From positions 1-63,580 of the forward strand of contig WVZL01000014.1 in assembly GCA_011772495.1 (NCBI GenBank): 63,580 nt of DNA, read 5' to 3'. Below are positions 38,811-49,434 of the stretch, one piece after another. Position 1 is the stretch's first letter, and each line of letters opens with the position of its first letter. The DNA is from Candidatus Aminicenantes bacterium. GTDB lineage: Bacteria; Acidobacteriota; Aminicenantia; Aminicenantales; Aminicenantaceae. Under the pieces are notes generated by a model. That model was given only the letters and a program-made list of their open reading frames with translations, was not told where the DNA came from and did not search any database. A program made the position numbers and the translations under genes.

Positions 38811-40349
38811 ATGAATAAAAAAGACTCAAGGCTGATCGTCATTTCCCTGGGTTTCCTGACCTTTTTAAAACTCATCATCCATTTGGGAACCAACGCCTTT
38901 GCCAGCTACGGCATTTTTCGAGATGAATTCTACTATATCGCTTGCAGCAACAGGCTCGCCTTTGGGTACGTTGACCATCCTCCCCTTTCCGTTTACCTCC
39001 TTTCTCTCAGCCGCTTGATTTTCGGAGAATCTCTGTTTGCCATCCGCTTATTCCCAGCCTTTGCAGGAGCCTTCACAGTCCTTTTGACAGGTCTTATCGT
39101 CCGAAAACTCGGCGGTGGAAAAACCGCTGTCATCCTTGCTGCCCTGGCCGTGATATTTGCCCCTATACAACTGGGAATGACCACGGTCTATTCGATGAAT
39201 TGCTTCGACATTCTCCTCTGGACGCTCTTAGCTTATATCGTTGTCCTTATTGTTAAGGAGAATGAGCCGAAATGGTGGATTGTGCTGGGCCTAATCATGG
39301 GATTAGGCTTGTTGAATAAGATAGGAATGCTGTGGTTTGGATTCGGGTTCTTTTTAGCGCTTCTTTTAACCAATCTTCGCAGAAATCTCTTAACAAAATG
39401 GCCCTGGATCGCAGGAGCGCTGGCTTTTCTCATGTTTTCTCCGTTCATTATCTGGAACATATTGCACGATTTTGCTCACCTGGAATTCATCAGGAATGCT
39501 AGAACGCTTAAATATGTTGGGGTCAGTGCCATGGATTTTGTCATTGGCCAGCTATTACTGCAAAATCCTTTAGTTCTCCCTCTCTGGCTGGCAGGACTCT
39601 ACTTTTTCTTCTTCCATAAAGACGGAAAAAAATACCAAATCCTGGGTATCATTTATACGACAGCCTTTTTGATACTGCTAATCAGTGGTAACAGCAAGCC
39701 GGAATATCTGAGCCCTGCCTATCCGATGCTGTTTGCGGGTGGGGCTGTCCTTGCAGAAAGGTTGTTCAGCCGTAAATACTGGAGATGGTTGAAATTCGCT
39801 GCTCCTACGCTAATCGCCATCAGTGGTATCCTTCTTGCCCCTCTCGCTCTGCCGATCCTTCCCGCGAATAAATACAGCCAATATGCTGACTTCATCGGGA
39901 TAGGCCCCTCGACTTCCGAAGGGAAAGAACTGGCCGAGCTCCCCCAATTCTTTGCGGATATGTTCGGCTGGGAAAACATGGCTGCTACTGTGGCCGGAGT
40001 CTATCATTCCCTACCGACAGAAGAGAAATCGAAAACTGTCATCTTCGCTCGAAATTATGGAGAAGCAGGAGCGATCGAGTATTACAGGAAGAAATATGAT
40101 CTTCCAACAGTAATTTCTTCGCACAACAATTACTGGCTTTGGGGATATGGAGATGACGATGCAGAGGTATACATCTTCTTGGGAGGAAAGAGGGATAACT
40201 ACCTCGGGGCTTTCTCCCAAGTGGAACAGGCTGCCATCATCAGGTGTGAGCATTGTATGCCTTATGAAAATAACCTTCCTGTTTATGTGTGCAGGAACAA
40301 GAAAATCAAGATAAGCGAACGATGGGAATCCCTGAAGCATTATGAGTAG
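38811..40349 (+). CDS. ArnT/PMT-like GT-C glycosyltransferase
   Basis: FRDEFYY, GYVDHPPL, GLLNK, many TMs, NYGEAGA. Confidence 0.88.
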   Translation: MNKKDSRLIVISLGFLTFLKLIIHLGTNAFASYGIFRDEFYYIACSNRLAFGYVDHPPLSVYLLSLSRLIFGESLFAIRLFPAFAGAFTVLLTGLIVRKLGGGKTAVILAALAVIFAPIQLGMTTVYSMNCFDILLWTLLAYIVVLIVKENEPKWWIVLGLIMGLGLLNKIGMLWFGFGFFLALLLTNLRRNLLTKWPWIAGALAFLMFSPFIIWNILHDFAHLEFIRNARTLKYVGVSAMDFVIGQLLLQNPLVLPLWLAGLYFFFFHKDGKKYQILGIIYTTAFLILLISGNSKPEYLSPAYPMLFAGGAVLAERLFSRKYWRWLKFAAPTLIAISGILLAPLALPILPANKYSQYADFIGIGPSTSEGKELAELPQFFADMFGWENMAATVAGVYHSLPTEEKSKTVIFARNYGEAGAIEYYRKKYDLPTVISSHNNYWLWGYGDDDAEVYIFLGGKRDNYLGAFSQVEQAAIIRCEHCMPYENNLPVYVCRNKKIKISERWESLKHYE

Positions 40350-40372
40350 GGCTCTTAAAGATCGCACTTCTT

Positions 40373-40759
40373 TTGAGAATAGAAGTGAAAAATAATAAGA
40401 GAGTATTTGTAATATTATTAGCGATTTTAGTTGCTATCATACACTTCATCATCGGACCAAATTACAGAGGTCCTTTCAAGAGTTTTCTCGCCGGCTATCT
40501 TATAGATATACTTCTTCCTTTCTTTTTCTATTTCTTGTTCACCCTTAAATTTGATCGAATAAAACAGAAAATATTGGTCGGAGTGGGTATTTTTTCCTTG
40601 GCCACAGCAATAGAGTATTTGCAATATAGAGCGATAGGAATATTCGGCAGCACCTTTGACCCTTATGATTTCTTGGCCTATTTAACTGGCGTCATATCAG
40701 CCATATTATTTGATTTAATCGTCTTAGATAAAATCATAAGAAAAAAGCATGCAATATAA
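40373..40759 (+). CDS. DUF2809-like membrane protein
   Basis: IEYLQY, FGSTFDPYDFLAY; start codon uncertain. Confidence 0.7.
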   Translation: MRIEVKNNKRVFVILLAILVAIIHFIIGPNYRGPFKSFLAGYLIDILLPFFFYFLFTLKFDRIKQKILVGVGIFSLATAIEYLQYRAIGIFGSTFDPYDFLAYLTGVISAILFDLIVLDKIIRKKHAI

Positions 40760-40819
40760 TCATTATCAGGATTATTGCGAGTATAGTTTTTGAAAATAAG
40801 TATTTAGTATGGAGAAACG

Positions 40820-41299
40820 ATGAGTTTTAATATATCAAAGCAGCGTCTTTATGCTTCTCTTCTAGTACTGGGAGCCGGCTTTTTGTTTTTTCGAACCATT
40901 ATGATGCTTTCTCAAGGAGCATTAGACGTGCTTGTTTTATGGGCATCAGCATTACTCATTGCAGAGATGCTGTTAGATGCAGCTTGGCTATTAAGCTCGG
41001 TAAGATGGTGGATAACTAATGATAAAAATAAAGATCGTATTCCGTTGCGTCTCGGAGCTGCAGCAGTCCTATTTCACGCTGTTCGTGTTCTTGTCTTCGT
41101 GCTAGGGCGTATAGGGCCATGGATTGATTTTGATGTAAGACCTGTACACAGAGCATTACACGCTGCTCGATGGAACTGGGAGGGTGTCTACTTTGCAGCA
41201 ATCATGTCCGCTTTAAGTGTGATAGGGGTAGTGATCATTTGGATTTTCAGGCGGCGTGCGAAAAAAAGATCTTTGATAAATAATCAGAGACGGAATTAA
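40820..41299 (+). CDS. Hypothetical 4-TM membrane protein
   Basis: GGAG SD; hydrophobic segments. Confidence 0.75.
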   Translation: MSFNISKQRLYASLLVLGAGFLFFRTIMMLSQGALDVLVLWASALLIAEMLLDAAWLLSSVRWWITNDKNKDRIPLRLGAAAVLFHAVRVLVFVLGRIGPWIDFDVRPVHRALHAARWNWEGVYFAAIMSALSVIGVVIIWIFRRRAKKRSLINNQRRN

Positions 41300-41424
41300 T
41301 TGGGTATAAGAATTTCCTTGTTTGACTTACTCCAAATTCCTCTCAACTCTCCAAAATTTCGACTCAGTGAGATATTGAAGAATTGGGGAGGTGCCAATAA
41401 ATACTCTCTCCTCGCCCCAAGATT

Positions 41425-41545
41425 CTTCGAACAACATGGTGGCCAGACACATTTGAATTGGGGAGATAATGAGACAGATGTTCTGGAGAAGATGGATAAG
41501 TTCTTAGAATCGATTGGATACCTAGATTTTATAAAGAGGAAATAG
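41425..41545 (+). pseudogene. Possible C-terminal remnant of an alpha/beta hydrolase
   Basis: GGQTH...VLEKMDKFLESIGYL resembles a hydrolase C-terminus; no credible start. Confidence 0.3.
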
Positions 41546-41622
41546 AATAGGTCATTGAATCAAGCTTTATGACCAAAAACAGGTTTAACATCTATTCGGA
41601 ATCACTCGAACAGGAGGAAAGA

Positions 41623-42576
41623 ATGAAAGAATTATTCAAGGTTATATTCGTCATCAGTCTGGTCTTGCTCATGTTCTGGGGTGAGGCTCGGGCACAGCTC
41701 AAATGTGAGCTGACGAATGATCCAGACAAGATTCAATTGATTGATGATGATGTAAAAAACTTCCTGCGGGCGTTGGATATGCTGGAGACAGAAAGTAGCT
41801 GGGCGCAGATCATTCAAAAGGAGTATCTGGACAAGGCATCCCCAGGTTTAAAAGAGTTTTTGAGGGAAAAGGAGTACAAAGCTGAACACTTCGTTGAGGC
41901 GATTCGCAAACGAAAAAAAACATATGTTTCACTTCATGATCTGCCTAAGCAACTAGCCTTACAGGAAACAAAGATCCGTGAGGCGTTTTCAGGTGTTAAG
42001 GAAATCATTCCTGATGCCGTATTCATGCCGGTCTATTACCTTGTTGGACCCAAGCCAGGTGCGAGTGGAGAGCCTTCAGAATACGGGTTGATGATAGCGA
42101 TTTCCGAATTGGATCAAGATATTGAGAACATCCACCTGCTTCTCGTGCATGAGACGATTCATGTCCAACAGGCTTTGACAGTGGGAATGGAGGAATACCA
42201 ATCGGTTTTTGGCCCGAAGATGAGCTTGCTGGCCCTGTCGATAAGAGAAGGATCAGCCTACTTCTTAACACTGCTCACCACAGGTGGACACACGCATAGG
42301 GAAGGCTACGATTATCTCGTTCAAAACGAAAAGAATCTATGGGAGCGATTTGAAGCCGAGATGAATGAGCGGTTGCCGGGTGACTGGATGTGGAAAAAAC
42401 CAGCTGATCCTGAACAGCCACCTCACCTTGGCTACATCATGGGGGCCAGGATTGTGGAAGCATATTACAATAATGCTAAAGATAAACAGAAGGCAGTCCA
42501 GGATATCCTTTCTATTACCGATTACAAGGGATTCCTAGAAAAGAGCGGCTATGCAGAAAAGTTTTTAAAGAAATAA
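41623..42576 (+). CDS. DUF2268/GldB-like predicted Zn peptidase, secreted
   Basis: Signal peptide; HETIHVQQ, EGSA, LGYIMG; ATG 41623 after AGGAGG. Confidence 0.8.
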   Translation: MKELFKVIFVISLVLLMFWGEARAQLKCELTNDPDKIQLIDDDVKNFLRALDMLETESSWAQIIQKEYLDKASPGLKEFLREKEYKAEHFVEAIRKRKKTYVSLHDLPKQLALQETKIREAFSGVKEIIPDAVFMPVYYLVGPKPGASGEPSEYGLMIAISELDQDIENIHLLLVHETIHVQQALTVGMEEYQSVFGPKMSLLALSIREGSAYFLTLLTTGGHTHREGYDYLVQNEKNLWERFEAEMNERLPGDWMWKKPADPEQPPHLGYIMGARIVEAYYNNAKDKQKAVQDILSITDYKGFLEKSGYAEKFLKK

Positions 42577-42661
42577 GACCTTGTTTTTTCAAAAGCAAAG
42601 AACATTACTGCTGAAGAAGCTGGATCATGTCCGCATCTCTAGAAAATCTAAGGAGAAAACA

Positions 42662-43405
42662 ATGATTTCTAATCAAAGAAGTGTAGATTACACCAGAGAA
42701 AAATCTTCCAACGCTATTCGCCTGAATCGTCTGGAACGCCAGGTGAAAGCAATGCGGCTGGCAATTTTGGGCCTTGTCGTTGTTTTAGTAGCGTCTTTCA
42801 CAATGGCCCTAAAACTGTATAACTCAGAAAAGATTCTCAGGACACAAGGCTTGATCATCGAGGATACCGATGGGCAGCCACGTATTCTGGTAGGTGCCCC
42901 CTTCCCCGAGGTCAAAGAGAGGATAAGAACCGACCGCACCGATGGCCTGGTGCTCATGGACAAGAAAGGCATCGACCGCTTGACTCTTGGCTACCCCACC
43001 TTGAATCCCCAGGTCAAAGGAAAGGTCATCAAACGGATCAACACTCATGCAGGTGTAGTTATCAACGATATTAACGGCAATGAGCGGACAGGCTATGGTG
43101 TTACAGAAGAAGGCTATGTGATCTTGGGGATGGATTATGAATACGGTGAAGCACTCGTTCTCATTGTCAACCCAGAAGGATATACCGGGATGATCGTCAA
43201 CGGAGAAAAAAGACCACCCGAAAATCAAAGGATTTTTATCGGAACAACTAATCAGCCTGGGAAGGATTATGGCAGACTCGTCCTCAATGACCACGATGGA
43301 ACCATGCGGACTTATTTTTCTTTAAAAGACGGAAAAACGAGCTGGCAGGCTTTTGATAGAGAGGGAAATGTCATAGGCGATGCGGTTGAAAAATTGATAA
43401 ATTAA
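42662..43405 (+). CDS. Hypothetical protein (coiled coil, TM, beta-hairpin repeats)
   Basis: RLNRLERQ, TM, repeated LxDxxGxxR; AGGAG SD. Confidence 0.7.
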   Translation: MISNQRSVDYTREKSSNAIRLNRLERQVKAMRLAILGLVVVLVASFTMALKLYNSEKILRTQGLIIEDTDGQPRILVGAPFPEVKERIRTDRTDGLVLMDKKGIDRLTLGYPTLNPQVKGKVIKRINTHAGVVINDINGNERTGYGVTEEGYVILGMDYEYGEALVLIVNPEGYTGMIVNGEKRPPENQRIFIGTTNQPGKDYGRLVLNDHDGTMRTYFSLKDGKTSWQAFDREGNVIGDAVEKLIN

Positions 43406-43537
43406 AAAAAACTTTCTTTACTTTGAATAAGGATGCCAGACCAAAAAGTTATGAAACTGGACAAAGCTGAGCGATGCAAATGTTTTGAATTTATATTATG
43501 AAGGGCACTATATATATGGTTCCAAGAGGATTTGACG

Positions 43538-44179
43538 ATGGGATTCTTTGACCCGCTTATCAAACAGCTACGTAAGCCAACAGGCTGGCTCGGATTATGG
43601 ACGGCAAAGGCTATGAATTTAGGTCATAGTAAGCTTACCGATTGGGGACTCAGTCATATCCAAATAAATAATGATGACGCTATTCTAGATATTGGATGTG
43701 GTGGCGGAAGAACAATCCATAAGCTGGCCAAGATCGCTGATAGGGGTAATGTTTACGGAATAGACTACTCTGACGAATCCGTAAGAGTCTCAAGAAAGAC
43801 AAACAAGAAATTTATTCAAGAAGGTCGAGTCAATATTCAAAAAGGCAATGTGTCATCTTTACCTTATACTGATAATCATTTTGATCTTATTACCGCCATA
43901 GAGAGCTATTACTATTGGCCGGATTTAGATCATGACATGAAAGAAATTCTACGCGTTCTAAAACCTGGCGGAATCCTCATCATAATCGGGGCTTTATACA
44001 AGAATAGTAAATTCGCCGCCCGACATCAAAAACTCGTGAAAAACCTGGTGACGAAGCTCAACCTACATTATCATTCCCCAGAAGAGCTGCGCGATGTCTT
44101 TTCCAAGGCTGGATACATAGATATAAAAGTGGATGAAAATTACAAAAGAGGAATGATATGTGGATACGGCAAAAAATAA
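43538..44179 (+). CDS. Class I SAM-dependent methyltransferase
   Basis: ILDIGCGGG, GIDYS, RVLKPGG. Confidence 0.92.
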   Translation: MGFFDPLIKQLRKPTGWLGLWTAKAMNLGHSKLTDWGLSHIQINNDDAILDIGCGGGRTIHKLAKIADRGNVYGIDYSDESVRVSRKTNKKFIQEGRVNIQKGNVSSLPYTDNHFDLITAIESYYYWPDLDHDMKEILRVLKPGGILIIIGALYKNSKFAARHQKLVKNLVTKLNLHYHSPEELRDVFSKAGYIDIKVDENYKRGMICGYGKK

Positions 44180-44237
44180 GTCGGGGATACAATAATTGTC
44201 AGGCATTGCTAGAAGAATATATTAAGGAGGATCAAGA

Positions 44238-44615
44238 ATGGATTCTGCAATTCGATGGCTCAGAGCAAGCTACATTGCAGGTGCAGTTGCAGACGGCCTC
44301 ATCGGAATCCTCATGTTGATCCCAGGCAGGATGGGAGAGACCGAGTTCAGATACCCTATGGGTCTTGGAGCTGTGTTGATGTTTGGCTGGGCGGCACTCC
44401 TGCTCTGGGGAAACATAAAGCCTTTGGAACGTAAAGGGATTCTTCTCCTTACTATCTTCCCGGTCATCACGGGAATGGTAGTGACCGGGATTTGGGCCGC
44501 GGCCTCTGGTTTTTTCCCAGTTAAGAAAATCATACCGTCATCTGTCCTTGGGCTAGCGTTGGCTTTCCTGTTCAGTTTCAGCTATCTGAAGGCAAGGTCA
44601 GCTGAAAAGAAGTGA
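44238..44615 (+). CDS. Hypothetical 4-TM membrane protein
   Basis: AGGAGG SD; LMFGW. Confidence 0.75.
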   Translation: MDSAIRWLRASYIAGAVADGLIGILMLIPGRMGETEFRYPMGLGAVLMFGWAALLLWGNIKPLERKGILLLTIFPVITGMVVTGIWAAASGFFPVKKIIPSSVLGLALAFLFSFSYLKARSAEKK

Positions 44616-44746
44616 ATACAGTTTAGGACCTAGATGAGATTGTCGTCTAAAGAGCGGCCTTAAAGGCTTCCCGTAGACGCTAATACAATCCATGTAAGGC
44701 TGCATGATTTAAATAATCAAATTAACAAATACAAGAGGAGAACAAG

Positions 44747-45187
44747 ATGCAAGAGTTATCCCTTACTTCGCAAGTCATCCTATATGTGCTGTTGGGAATT
44801 ATGGGGCTTATGTGCCCGATCCTATGGGGCTGGCAGATCATGGTCCTCAAGGGTAAACCCATGAAAAATCCTGATGGTTCGTTTGACAGCTGGCATAATC
44901 AGAAGACCCATTACGGCATCGCACTGGCAGACGTGTTTCTTGCCTGCCCGGTTAATATCGCTGGAATAGTATTGGTATTTGTCAGTCCTCGATGGGGATT
45001 CTACTTGCTGGCTTTGGTCAGTTTCTGGTGGGTTTGGGCAAATACTATGACAACCACCACAAGTCTGCGGTTCGAGAAACCAAAAATGACTCTCACTTGG
45101 CTTATCACATACCCCTTAGGGATTTTGGTTGGACTGGTCTATATCATGTGGACAATTGTTCACTTTGACACTATTTACTCTTTGTGA
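44747..45187 (+). CDS. Hypothetical membrane protein
   Basis: AGGAG SD; four TMs. Confidence 0.75.
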   Translation: MQELSLTSQVILYVLLGIMGLMCPILWGWQIMVLKGKPMKNPDGSFDSWHNQKTHYGIALADVFLACPVNIAGIVLVFVSPRWGFYLLALVSFWWVWANTMTTTTSLRFEKPKMTLTWLITYPLGILVGLVYIMWTIVHFDTIYSL

Positions 45188-45258
45188 CATCCCTGGAGCC
45201 TGATAACCGAAGTTACGATTATAAAAGCCAATAATGAATTAAGAAAAGGAGGTGTCCA

Positions 45259-45705
45259 GTGAATCTGCAGGAATACTGGCTTCCTTATACTGTCACCCAT
45301 GCTATTACTTTCTTTTTGATCTTTATCTGTTATAAATGGCCCAAAATTGGCAAGGTAGCCTGGGGAATTATTTTCATACTCGCGGGAATATTCAATATAT
45401 ATACCGGGATTTCGGAACCCCAAGCCTATGTAGATTACGGTTCCTCAGCAATTGGCCTTTATAAAAAATTCATTTATGGCGTGTTCAGCTCCTACACATC
45501 ATTAATCGTCTCTTTGATTGCCTTGGGCCAGATTCTGGTGGGAGTTTTCCTGTTTATGAAAAGAACTCTCTTTTTCCTGGGCATTTTGGGCGGAATCGTC
45601 TTTCTACTCGCCATTTCTCCTTTAGGGATCGGCTCAGCATTCCCGTCTACTCTTTTGATGGCGATCAGCTTGGTCTTGTTATACATACGGAATAAGAAAG
45701 CTTGA
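45259..45705 (+). CDS. Hypothetical DoxX-like membrane protein
   Basis: AGGAGG SD, GTG start; PLGIGSAFP. Confidence 0.7.
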   Translation: MNLQEYWLPYTVTHAITFFLIFICYKWPKIGKVAWGIIFILAGIFNIYTGISEPQAYVDYGSSAIGLYKKFIYGVFSSYTSLIVSLIALGQILVGVFLFMKRTLFFLGILGGIVFLLAISPLGIGSAFPSTLLMAISLVLLYIRNKKA

Positions 45706-45838
45706 TCTAAATGCTCTTTTCGAACCAGTGGAGAATAATAAGAGGTCGCTTGATTTACTATTTCACGCCATTTTTTAGGTTTCCCTGCCGTAAATTAAAT
45801 GATATCGTTAAACATGGCCCGAAAGGAGAAGATGATAG

Positions 45839-46906
45839 ATGGGAATAGTATTATTGATCCTTCAAATCATTGGCATTATTATTGGCACTCTTATTGGATT
45901 ATTTATCCTTGAACTGGCCTTCGTTGCCTTTATCCCTGGCTTTTCGGTTCCCAAGCAACCCCTGGAGAAATCTAAACAACCGGCCAAGGAGAAGGAAGTA
46001 AAGCCTACCAGATCAAGAAAAGATGTAAGCTTCAAAGTCAAGGAAACGTCATTAAGCGTCTGGCTGTATCTACCCGAGAATTTGCCAGCGCCGGTTCCCT
46101 GTATCATCATGGGACACGGTCTGGGGGGAACCAAGGCCATGGGCTTGGATCAGTATGCTGTTCGCTTTCAGGAGGCTGGCTTGGCCGTACTCGCCTTCGA
46201 TTACCGGCATCTTGGGGAAAGCGAGGGTGAGCCTCGACAGCTGATCTGGATCCCGTACCAACTGCAAGACTATTTAGCAGCCATCGAGTACGCCCGTAGC
46301 CTCAAGGAGATCGATCCGTCAAGAATCGCCCTTTGGGGAACCTCTTTTAGCGGTGGCCATGTTATCGTAATCGCAGCTAAGGACAACGAGATTGCCTGTG
46401 TCTGTTCGCAGGTTCCATGGTTGGACAGCCATGAAGCGGGAAGAGAGGCCTTGAAAAGAACAGGCATCAAGCAAGCGCTCCGGATGGTACCTCACGGACA
46501 GCGTGATTTTGTTAGGTCCTGGTTTGGTCTTTCGCCCCACAAGATACCTATTGCAGGAAAACCGGGCAGCATTGCTGTGATAGCGGATTCAGAGGCTTGG
46601 AACGGTTATGGAGAGCTCGCGCCAGGGGATTTCATCAACGAGGTCTGCGCTCGCATCGTCATTCGGATGGACAAGTACCGGCCGATAAAACACATCGCTA
46701 AAGTGCGTTGCCCAGTCCTGCTTCAGATTACTGACAAAGACATTTCACATCCCTTGAGCTCTGTGGAAAAGATAAAGAAGCGACTGGGGAAACTCGCTGA
46801 GGTGATCCACTATCCAATCGCTCATTTTGACATCTACACAGGGGATAATTTTGAAAAAGCCGTAAACGATCAAATTGACTTTTTCAAGAAACATCTCCAA
46901 AAATAA
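45839..46906 (+). CDS. Alpha/beta hydrolase (FrsA/S15-like) with N-terminal TM
   Basis: HGLGG, FDYRHLGESEG, GTSFSGG, HFDIY. Confidence 0.9.
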   Translation: MGIVLLILQIIGIIIGTLIGLFILELAFVAFIPGFSVPKQPLEKSKQPAKEKEVKPTRSRKDVSFKVKETSLSVWLYLPENLPAPVPCIIMGHGLGGTKAMGLDQYAVRFQEAGLAVLAFDYRHLGESEGEPRQLIWIPYQLQDYLAAIEYARSLKEIDPSRIALWGTSFSGGHVIVIAAKDNEIACVCSQVPWLDSHEAGREALKRTGIKQALRMVPHGQRDFVRSWFGLSPHKIPIAGKPGSIAVIADSEAWNGYGELAPGDFINEVCARIVIRMDKYRPIKHIAKVRCPVLLQITDKDISHPLSSVEKIKKRLGKLAEVIHYPIAHFDIYTGDNFEKAVNDQIDFFKKHLQK

Positions 46907-46985
46907 TAGGGTCAGACATTGAAATATTTCAACATTTGTTAAAAAAACAGCGGGCTTAAGCCTTTATAGCTTTTATAATTTTCTG

Positions 46986-47180
46986 ATGATTATTCGGCCA
47001 GAAAAGAAAAAAGACTACAGAGCAATTCAAGAAATAAATAAACTCGCTTTTGGCGGAAGTACTGAAGCCGATCTCATCAAAGCTCTACGAAAATCTGGTA
47101 GTTTTATCCCCGAATTATCCCTGGTCGCCGTTCAAAAAGGAGAGATCATATATCCGCCCGCGTTCCAGGAAACGAGATAA
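46986..47180 (+). pseudogene. Internally deleted GNAT acetyltransferase (YhbS-like)
   Basis: MIIRPE..AF..EADLI..LR..LSLVAVQKGEI joined directly to the terminal YPPAF. Confidence 0.75.
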
Positions 47181-47214
47181 ATTCCTATCTTTAGATACAG
47201 AAAGGAGGCGAATA

Positions 47215-47736
47215 ATGACTAAAAAAGCCTTCATCATGCCTGTCATATTAATCATGCTCGTCTTCACTCTTTCAGCAGCCTTGGTTGAAAAAAAAGATAC
47301 GAAGACCAAGATCCTCGAAGCTTGCGAAGTTTTCTTTAATCCTAATGCCTCTCTTACCCAGGATAATATGGTGGATTCCTTGTCTCGACTTTTGGATATC
47401 ACCGCCTCGATCACTACCGCCTATGAGTACAAGGACGAAATCAAGTACAGGATCGATGTCGCCAAGAATCTGCTCAAGGAGGATTCCTTGTTCAATGAGA
47501 AAGCACGCCAGTATCTGTCTTTTGCCTACCGCATGATGACCAATGGACAAAAATACCAGAAGCCGGAAGAGCTGGATGTGTTTGTAACTCCTGCCGAGGC
47601 CCAGGAAAAAGCCATGAAATACGCGAAAAATTTAGTAGAGAAAGCTCTATCCGATCTGGAGGAGGACAATCCTGGGGAAACGGCAAAACTTCTCCTGGAG
47701 TTGGTCCTTATGGTCGTCACCCCGATCGAAGGATAG
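47215..47736 (+). CDS. Hypothetical secreted helical protein
   Basis: ATG 47215 after AGGAGG; signal peptide MTKKAF..TLSA. Confidence 0.75.
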   Translation: MTKKAFIMPVILIMLVFTLSAALVEKKDTKTKILEACEVFFNPNASLTQDNMVDSLSRLLDITASITTAYEYKDEIKYRIDVAKNLLKEDSLFNEKARQYLSFAYRMMTNGQKYQKPEELDVFVTPAEAQEKAMKYAKNLVEKALSDLEEDNPGETAKLLLELVLMVVTPIEG

Positions 47737-47819
47737 ATCAATCAAGAATATTGGCTGGACAATAGCGATTGTTCTCCTGATAGAAAGAAAAGCAAAAAAA
47801 TGATCCTGGCAGGGAGAAT

Positions 47820-49235
47820 ATGAGTCGCCTAGACAATTCCTCGAAGAGAAAATTTCAGATCTCGGGTTGGGGCTATCGATTCTTGAGGCTTTTTACTGTG
47901 ATCCATCCCGGGGAAGCTGGAACAACCTGGCTCCTGTCACTGACAATGTTCCTGCTCATGATGGGGTATTATTTTCTCCGGCCGTTGAGGCAGGCCTTGA
48001 TATTAACCGAATGGTCACCGAATTTAGCAAGTTATCTTGGCGGCGCGATCGCGGTTCTGCTTATCTTTGTGGTCAAAATCTTCAGTCATATTGCATCCAA
48101 AGTTCCTCGTCAAAAGCTGATCACCTGGGTCACTCTCTTTTTTATTTCCAATCTGATTCTCTTCTATATTATCTACGAAGCTGGTGTTTCTCCGGCTGTT
48201 ATCAGTATCATTTTTTATGTTTGGCTGGGGGTTTTCAACCTCATGGTGGTAGCCCAGTTTTGGGGTTTTTGCAACGACCTTTACACTGAAGAGGCGGGAA
48301 AGCGGCTTTTTCCCTTGATCGTGTTCGGAACCAATTTCGGAGCCCTAGTCGGAGGACTGACTGCTTCCCGGATACTGGGACCTCTAAATCCCTACCAGAT
48401 AATGTTGCTGACAGCGGGCCTGTTAGCGATCTGCATTGTTTTGACGCACGTGGTTCACAATCGCGAGATAAAAAAGGCAAAAAAGGAGAAATTGAAGAAT
48501 CCAGTACCAGGCGAAGAGCCGATAAAAGAAGAAGAGAAACCCCTGGAGCAAGGGGGAGGTTTCCGTTTGATATTCAAAAGCCGCTACCTCATCTATATTG
48601 CTTTTTTCATCCTGGTGTTGAACTTTATCAACACGAATGGCGAATTTATCTTACTCAATGTGGCGAATTATACTGCCTCCACAGCTATTGAAACTGGACA
48701 GGCGGAAAGTTTGGATCATAGTGTCTTAGTTGGTCGCTTCTACTCCAATTTCTATACTATCATGAACCTCATAACTATATTTATCCAACTTTTTCTGGTT
48801 TCGCGCATATTCAAATGGTTCGGGGTTAGGACGGCTGTTTTTATTCTTCCGTTCATCGCCCTGGGTGGATACTTTACCATTGGTCTGGGAGTTTCTTTAA
48901 TCGCTGTGAGGTGGATTAAAAGTCTTGAGAATGCTACCGACTACTCATTGATGAACACCACCAAGCATGCCCTTTTTCTCATCACATCCCGGGAAGAAAA
49001 GTATAAAGCCAAGGCTGCCACTGACACCTTTTTCCACCGCGCCGGAGATGTTCTTACTGCCATTTTGGTCTTTGTGTGCGCGGCTTTTTTTGCCCTTGAT
49101 TTTGAAAACATCCAGAACATCAGTATTATTGCCCGGATCAATGTTGGGATAGTCCTTGTTTTTATCCTGTTAGGAGTTTTAATCGCCAGAGAGCATAAGC
49201 GGCATTCTTATCATCTGGCTAAATCAGAAGCTTAA
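47820..49235 (+). CDS. Npt1/Npt2 (TLC, ATP/ADP translocase-like) MFS transporter
   Basis: YYFLRPLR, QFWGFCNDLY..GKRLFP, DYSL, EKYKAKAATD. Confidence 0.88.
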   Translation: MSRLDNSSKRKFQISGWGYRFLRLFTVIHPGEAGTTWLLSLTMFLLMMGYYFLRPLRQALILTEWSPNLASYLGGAIAVLLIFVVKIFSHIASKVPRQKLITWVTLFFISNLILFYIIYEAGVSPAVISIIFYVWLGVFNLMVVAQFWGFCNDLYTEEAGKRLFPLIVFGTNFGALVGGLTASRILGPLNPYQIMLLTAGLLAICIVLTHVVHNREIKKAKKEKLKNPVPGEEPIKEEEKPLEQGGGFRLIFKSRYLIYIAFFILVLNFINTNGEFILLNVANYTASTAIETGQAESLDHSVLVGRFYSNFYTIMNLITIFIQLFLVSRIFKWFGVRTAVFILPFIALGGYFTIGLGVSLIAVRWIKSLENATDYSLMNTTKHALFLITSREEKYKAKAATDTFFHRAGDVLTAILVFVCAAFFALDFENIQNISIIARINVGIVLVFILLGVLIAREHKRHSYHLAKSEA

Positions 49236-49434
49236 TCATTGGCTTAAGATCTGAGGACAAGCTCATGTTTAAAGAGTGATGGCGCGAAATTAAATATTTC
49301 ACGACGTTCTGATGTACCCTGGAATAAATTAAGAAATGTCTTGAAATATTACATTTAGGGTTGTACCCCTGGAAAAAAGTAGTCTTATTGTCCTCACTTT
49401 AAGCGATTTTGTGCTGAGAAAGGTGTAAAAGTTA

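Noticed and set aside
44644-44679. Hairpin CGTCTA..GCCTTAAAGGC..TAGACG as attC or terminator
   Set aside because: No U-tract, no R boxes and no second copy found.
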